Assembly: GCA_900617105.1 (NCBI GenBank)
Contig: UYFQ01000001.1
Span: 62,001-126,000 of the forward strand
Source of the DNA: Hydrurus foetidus
Taxonomy: Eukaryota
DNA: 64,000 nucleotides
Reading direction: 5' to 3'
Shown one piece after another: positions 59,334-64,000 of the stretch. The notes beneath the pieces are model-generated. The model worked only from the letters and a program-made list of their open reading frames with translations. It had not been told where the DNA came from and ran no database searches. Every line of letters starts with the position of its first letter. Position 1 is the first letter of the stretch. The position numbers and the translations under genes were made by a program.

Positions 59334-60533
59334 TCATGGCGGCCCCCTGGGTTGCGCCACGCCTTCATGCCCATCGCCGGGCAACGGTAAATGCCGCATG
59401 CCTCCCAACGTGGCCACCACGCGCAATCTCCCGTCCGTGCAACACGGGCAGTGCAACACCTGCACCTTCGCCACCCGCGCCATGAAGGCCGTGGCAGACT
59501 CCAGGGCATGCGCGTTGGGTTGTGGCATGTGCAAAGCCAGCCGAGCCTGGGCCAGGCTGTCGCCCTTGCACGCACTGGCCAACACCCCATAGTGGCGAAT
59601 GCGCTTGATGCCCGTGGGCAAGATGTGCAGCATGAAGCGCCGGATGAACTCCGCGCCTTCGAGCCTGGTGGTGCGCTTGCCACCCTGCGCATCGGCCCGG
59701 ACCATGAACACCACCTCATCCGGGGTGACGGCCTTGATGCGCTCGTTGCCAATCGCCGTGCGGTGCGTATAGCGGCTCAAATAGTCCAGCACCTGGGCGG
59801 GGCCTCCCAGCGGGGTCTTGGCATACACCACCCAGTCGTGCTTGTAGAGCCGGCGTTGGCGTTGCGCCCAGGCTTGCGGCTGGCCTTGTGGGTCATGCTC
59901 CAGCTTGTCTGAGCGGTGCGCCTGAGCCAGCGCCGACAAGCATTTGCCCCGGAATACTTTGGAGAGCGCATGCACGGGGAACAAGAAGTCGGGCTTTCGC
60001 GCAGGCGCATGCCACTGCCCGTTTTGCGCCAGCACCCCGCAGGCCATCACCGCATGCACGTGGATGTGCTGGCGCAAGTCCTGCGTCCAAGTGTGCAGCG
60101 CCAAGCTGAACGCGGGTTTACCATCCGCCACGCCCATCCACCTCGGGTTAACGGCGAATTCGCTCAAGGTCTGGGCTGTGCAGCTAAACAGGGTGTCAAT
60201 CACCCAGCGCGGGTGTGCCCCGTAAAGCCCGTTCAGGCTGTGCGGCAAGGTGAACACCAGGTGGGCATACGGCACGGGCAACACCTCGGCCAGTCTGCCT
60301 TGCAGCCACGCATCCTTGGAGCGGCTGCCGCACTGTGGGCAGTGCCGGTTGCGACACGAGTGGTATTGCCAGTGGCTGTGACCACAGGCGTCGCAGGCCA
60401 ACCTCTCGCCGCCCAGGGCGGCTGTGCGGCACGCCGCAATGCCCCGCCACGCCTTGGCTTGCGGCGTGTTCAGGCTGTGCTCGCGCAAATACGCTGCGCC
60501 ATGCCGGCGCAGCACATCGGCCAATGTGGCCAC
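59334..60533 (-). CDS. IS91-family (Y2 HUH) transposase
   Basis: Zn-binding CRT...CDAC...SCRNRHCPQC, HUH motif HIHVH, YLSRY. Confidence 0.93.
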   Translation of the reverse strand: MATLADVLRRHGAAYLREHSLNTPQAKAWRGIAACRTAALGGERLACDACGHSHWQYHSCRNRHCPQCGSRSKDAWLQGRLAEVLPVPYAHLVFTLPHSLNGLYGAHPRWVIDTLFSCTAQTLSEFAVNPRWMGVADGKPAFSLALHTWTQDLRQHIHVHAVMACGVLAQNGQWHAPARKPDFLFPVHALSKVFRGKCLSALAQAHRSDKLEHDPQGQPQAWAQRQRRLYKHDWVVYAKTPLGGPAQVLDYLSRYTHRTAIGNERIKAVTPDEVVFMVRADAQGGKRTTRLEGAEFIRRFMLHILPTGIKRIRHYGVLASACKGDSLAQARLALHMPQPNAHALESATAFMARVAKVQVLHCPCCTDGRLRVVATLGGMRHLPLPGDGHEGVAQPRGPP

Positions 60534-60565
60534 GATGCGGGTCTATACGTTGGTTTGGAGTTTGC

Positions 60566-61450
60566 CTACAGCTTGGGCAGGCCAGCCAGCAGGTCCAGTG
60601 GATTCACATCCTTGGGTGGGCAAAACTGCGGACTGATGAGGTGCAAGTAGCGGCTGGTGGTGCTGATGTGGCCGTGTCCGAGCAAGCGGCTGATGGTGTA
60701 CAGGTCCACGCCGCCTTCGAGCAAGTGGGTGGCAAAGCAGTGGCGCAAGGTGTGGGTGCTGCCGTGCTTGTTGATGCCTGCGCCGCGGCGGGCCTTATGG
60801 TAGGCACGCTGGATGTTGTCAACGTAGACCGGAGCATCGAAGCGGGTGTTGGGGAACAGCCAGCGTTCGGGGTTGCGGGTACGTCGGTGCACGGCATGAA
60901 CGGTGCAATAGGTACGCAGTTGGTCAAGCAGGCTCAGACCCAGAACCGTGTAGCGGTCACCACCGCCTTTGCCTGCGCAGACACGTACGCACATGCGGTC
61001 GGTGGCACTGTCGATGTCGTGCAGGCGTAGGCTGCAGGCCTCGGTCACGCGCAGGCCGGTGGCATAGATGGTCATCAGCACCATGCGGTAGATGGGCTGG
61101 ATGCAGTTGGCAAACAGGCACGCAATCTCCTGGCGCGATAACAGCTCGGGCTGCTTCTGGGGCACTGGGCCGATGGGTGGGCGCAGGTGTCCTTCGGTCT
61201 TGCGACCCAGAATTGTCTCCAACAGGAAGCGGCTGGCGCTTGCGGCCTGATTGACGCTGCTGTAAGAGAGCTGACCATCCTTTATCAGGTGAAGAAAGTA
61301 GGCTTCGATCTCGGCACTGGAAAGCAGCTCGGGGCTGCGGCTGTAGTAGCGTGCCATTCGGGCGATGGCCTCAACGTAGCACTCCTGCGTGCGCTCTGAA
61401 AAACCACGGACAATCATGGCGTCGAGCATGCGTTGGCGTAAGGGGGTCAT
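60566..61450 (-). CDS. Tyrosine recombinase (XerD-like with SAM-like N domain; not IntI)
   Basis: YATGLR, GKGG.DR, HTLRH, LGH, TSRY; lacks the IntI-specific insertion before LFP. Confidence 0.92.
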   Translation of the reverse strand: MTPLRQRMLDAMIVRGFSERTQECYVEAIARMARYYSRSPELLSSAEIEAYFLHLIKDGQLSYSSVNQAASASRFLLETILGRKTEGHLRPPIGPVPQKQPELLSRQEIACLFANCIQPIYRMVLMTIYATGLRVTEACSLRLHDIDSATDRMCVRVCAGKGGGDRYTVLGLSLLDQLRTYCTVHAVHRRTRNPERWLFPNTRFDAPVYVDNIQRAYHKARRGAGINKHGSTHTLRHCFATHLLEGGVDLYTISRLLGHGHISTTSRYLHLISPQFCPPKDVNPLDLLAGLPKL

Positions 61451-61579
61451 GAGAACTCTCCTGTGAACCGGGGAACATTCCCCAGGCTGAAGGGTTCTCC
61501 TCAATGCCTGACTGCGCAAGCGCGGTACACAAAGCATAACGCGGTGGCGGCCTTCGCAGGCCACCGCGTCAGCGGTTTA

Positions 61580-61646
61580 GTTCAACGCCAAAGTTAACGG
61601 GCGGCAATGCGAAGCATTGACGTCCCTGTTGAACGACCGGTTGGAC
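61580..61646 (-). other. attC site (67 bp) between the two divergent elements
   Basis: Minus strand GTCCAAC-CGGTC-GTTCAAC...CAATGC TTC GCATTG...GTTAAC-TTTGGC-GTTGAAC; 5/6-nt spacers, extra C in L''. Confidence 0.85.
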
Positions 61647-61759
61647 GAAGCCGCTACGCGGAGCGGGAGCGGCGCGAGGGCCATCGGTGAATTCGTAAGC
61701 TGTAGGCGCATGCCGCAATTGTGAGGCATGTTGACCTTCAACTTCACTGGAGTTTGCCC

Positions 61760-62691
61760 ATGTCCACCCATCCCGGCGGCTTTGACCCCGTTGCCTTTCC
61801 TGAACCCTTTTCCAGCGCGTACCGCACCCACTTGCAGCACCTCAAGCTCAAAGGCCTGCAACCCAAAACCATTGACGCCTATGCCCGTGCCATCCGGCGC
61901 ATGGGCGACTACTTTGATTTCCGGCTTGATGTGTTGACCCCCGCACAACTCACCGATTACTTCAGCGACCTGATCGCCTCCCACTCGTGGAGCGCCGTCA
62001 AGCTTGACCTCTATGGCTTCAAGTTCTACACCCTGCACGTGCTGGGCAAACCCTGGGCCATGCCCAACTTCATCAAACCGCCCAAGGTGCAGCGCCTGCC
62101 CGACATCGTCACCGTCGAAGAAGCGCAAACCCTGTTCATGGCCACGCGGGTCTTGAGCTACCGGGTGTTCTACTTCACCGTTTACAGCATGGGCCTGCGC
62201 CTGAGCGAAGGCCTGGCCTTGAAGGTCAGTGACATTGATGCGGTACGCCAGCGCGTGCACATACGCGACTCCAAAGGCAACCGCGACCGCTTCGTGCCAC
62301 TGCCCGTCATGACCCTGGATGTGCTGCGTCGCTTTTGGCAAACCCACCGCAACCCTGAGTTGCTGTTCCCCAACCGCTTGGGCGGCCTGGCGGGGGCGCA
62401 TGCGGCACGCACGCCCCTAGACCGAGGCGGCGTGCAAAAGACGCTGCATCAAGTCACGCTGGATTGCGGCCTAAAAAAAAGATCACTCCGCACAGCCTGC
62501 GCCACAGCTATGCCACGCACCTGATCGAAGCCGGGGTAGATCTGCTGGAAGTGCAGAAGATTCTGGGCCACCACAGCATCCTCACCACCACCCGTTACAC
62601 CCACCTGACGCACGGCACCCACACGCAAGCCAGCACGAAGATCGAAACCCTGATGGGCCGCTTCCATCTCGATTGGGCGGGTGTCAAATGA
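61760..62691 (+). CDS. Tyrosine recombinase needing a -1 shift at A8 (62473-62480)
   Basis: YSMGLR and SKGNRDR in frame 0; [17 protein letters not shown] and TTRY in the -1 frame. Confidence 0.8.
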
Positions 62692-63797
62692 TCCCGCTTG
62701 TCCATCTCATCGAGCGCTTTGGCGCGGACTACCTCAGCCAATACCCCCGGTGCGCCGCTCACCCACAACGCCAAGCGCTCAACGCCATGCGGCGCTGCCG
62801 CACCGCCTTGGCCCCGTGCATGCTGGCCCAGTGTGGTGACTGTGGCGAACAACGTGTCGTGCCGCATTCTTGCGGTCACCGCAATTGTCCGCACTGCCAG
62901 CACCATGAGAGCCAAGCTTGGACAGAGCGACAAACTAAAGCGCTGGTGCCGGGCAACTACTTTCTGATCACGTTCACTTTGCCCGCAGAACTGAGAGCGC
63001 TGGCGTGGCAGCACCAACGTGTCGTCTACACCGCCTTGATGGATTGCGCCTGGCAGACGCTACGCACGTTCAGCCAGAACCACCGACAGTTGCAAGGCAC
63101 GCCTGGTGCCGTGGCCGTGCTGCACACGCATTCGCGGCAATTGGAATTCCATCCCCATGTGCACATGGTCATGCCAGGGGCAGCGCTGGATGCCGACAAG
63201 GGTCTGTGGCGCAGCTTGCGCCGCAGTAGCAAAGGCAAGGGCTATTTGTTTAATCACGAGGCCTTGGCCAAAGTGTTTCGCGGCAAGTTCTTGTCGGCTT
63301 TGCGCGATCAAGGTTTGAGTATTCCAAACAACTTGCCCAAAGACTGGGTGGTCGATTGCAAGGGGGTGGGCGATGGCAAGAAGGCCTTGGTCTATCTGGG
63401 GCGCTACTTGTACCGAGGGGTGATTCAGGAGAAAGACATCCTGCGTTGCGACGAAAAAACCGTGACGTACCGCTGGCGGGACAGCAAGACCCAGAAGATG
63501 GCCACACGCACCGTCAGCGGCGCAGAGTTTTTGCGGCTGGTGTTACAGCACGTCTTGCCCAAAGGCTTCAGGCGAGCGCGTAACTTTGGCTTCCTGCACC
63601 CCAACAGCAAGCGGCTGATTGCACTGCTGAAGTTGCTGGTGTTCAAGCGGGCAAACGCAGCGCCAGCAAACGCAACACCTCGAGCACAATGGACATGCGC
63701 CTGTTGTGGCGGCGCGATGACGGTCATTCGGCGGCGCATCACGACACCCCCAAAAGCGCCGCCAAGCGCACCAAGTGAGGCCTGCACGAGCCAGTAA
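62688..63797 (+). CDS. IS91-family (Y2 HUH) transposase
   Basis: CRT...CGDC...[21 protein letters not shown]-terminal CACCG. Confidence 0.93.
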   Translation: MIPLVHLIERFGADYLSQYPRCAAHPQRQALNAMRRCRTALAPCMLAQCGDCGEQRVVPHSCGHRNCPHCQHHESQAWTERQTKALVPGNYFLITFTLPAELRALAWQHQRVVYTALMDCAWQTLRTFSQNHRQLQGTPGAVAVLHTHSRQLEFHPHVHMVMPGAALDADKGLWRSLRRSSKGKGYLFNHEALAKVFRGKFLSALRDQGLSIPNNLPKDWVVDCKGVGDGKKALVYLGRYLYRGVIQEKDILRCDEKTVTYRWRDSKTQKMATRTVSGAEFLRLVLQHVLPKGFRRARNFGFLHPNSKRLIALLKLLVFKRANAAPANATPRAQWTCACCGGAMTVIRRRITTPPKAPPSAPSEACTSQ

Positions 63798-64000
63798 TTC
63801 TCAAAGCATCATCGGCCCCGGCAGTGCCCAGTTGGTGCTGTGTCAGCGCTCGGCCAAAAACAGCAACAGCACCTTGCTTTGCTTGATCTCAGGTGCCGCA
63901 ACGCCACCCTCTACGTAGTCGCCATCACGCAGGCGCTACGCAAACACACATTCCACCGGGGACTTCAAAAAGATATTTGCAGTGGGCGAGAAGCGTCGCC

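Larger units (their letters stand above)
59035..61586 (-). mobile_element. Element A: tyrosine recombinase + IS91-family transposase unit (2552 bp)
   Basis: Two-gene operon bounded by imperfect IRs GTTGGACTGAACCGC / GTTGAACTAAACCGC, no TSD seen; oriIS-like AAATTGAAATCCCCTAT downstream of the transposase. Confidence 0.78.
61640..64000 (+). mobile_element. Element B: tyrosine recombinase + IS91-family transposase unit (right end outside the window)
   Basis: Starts GTTGGACGAAGCCGCTACGCGG, similar to the element A 5' end; integrase stop overlaps transposase start (ATGA). Confidence 0.75.

Noticed and set aside
59162..59752. 196-aa minus-strand ORF in element A
   Set aside because: Alternative frame of the transposase gene, with no independent support.
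60566..62691. Calling either tyrosine recombinase an integron integrase (intI)
   Set aside because: Both lack the IntI-specific insertion between the GKG..DR region and LFP, and each is operonic with a Y2 transposase.

Overview
Betaproteobacterial chromosome segment; protein sequences and gene order suggest Comamonadaceae, Rhodoferax-like. 1-6 kb is accessory: LacI regulator, a coupled pair of P-loop ATPases with an operator-like repeat array, a Nit-type amidase, a D-cysteine desulfhydrase remnant and a class II GATase. 6-13.5 kb is a sugar-acid catabolic cluster (IlvD/Edd dehydratase, FadR, TRAP transporter, enolase-superfamily enzyme, cupin). 13.5-54 kb is mostly core genes: rhlE, ettA, degQ-like, pdxA, mscL, petABC, sspAB, tRNA-Thr, secA, argJ, yacG, zapD, coaE, pilDCB (pilB frameshifted), ftsY, M16 pair, rsmD, coaD. 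The most striking region is 56-64 kb, an integron-like cassette array with no IntI in the window. It has three attC sites, one attI-like or atypical site, an HNH nuclease cassette and a membrane-protein cassette split by an IS50-like element (9-bp TSD). Two divergent 'tyrosine recombinase + IS91-type Y2 transposase' elements and the remnant of a third sit in the array, and their termini (GTYCAAC) are themselves the R boxes of the att sites. A degenerate GCTA-N9-TAGC repeat family recurs across the window, including inside genes. All calls are by eye from motifs; no searches were run.
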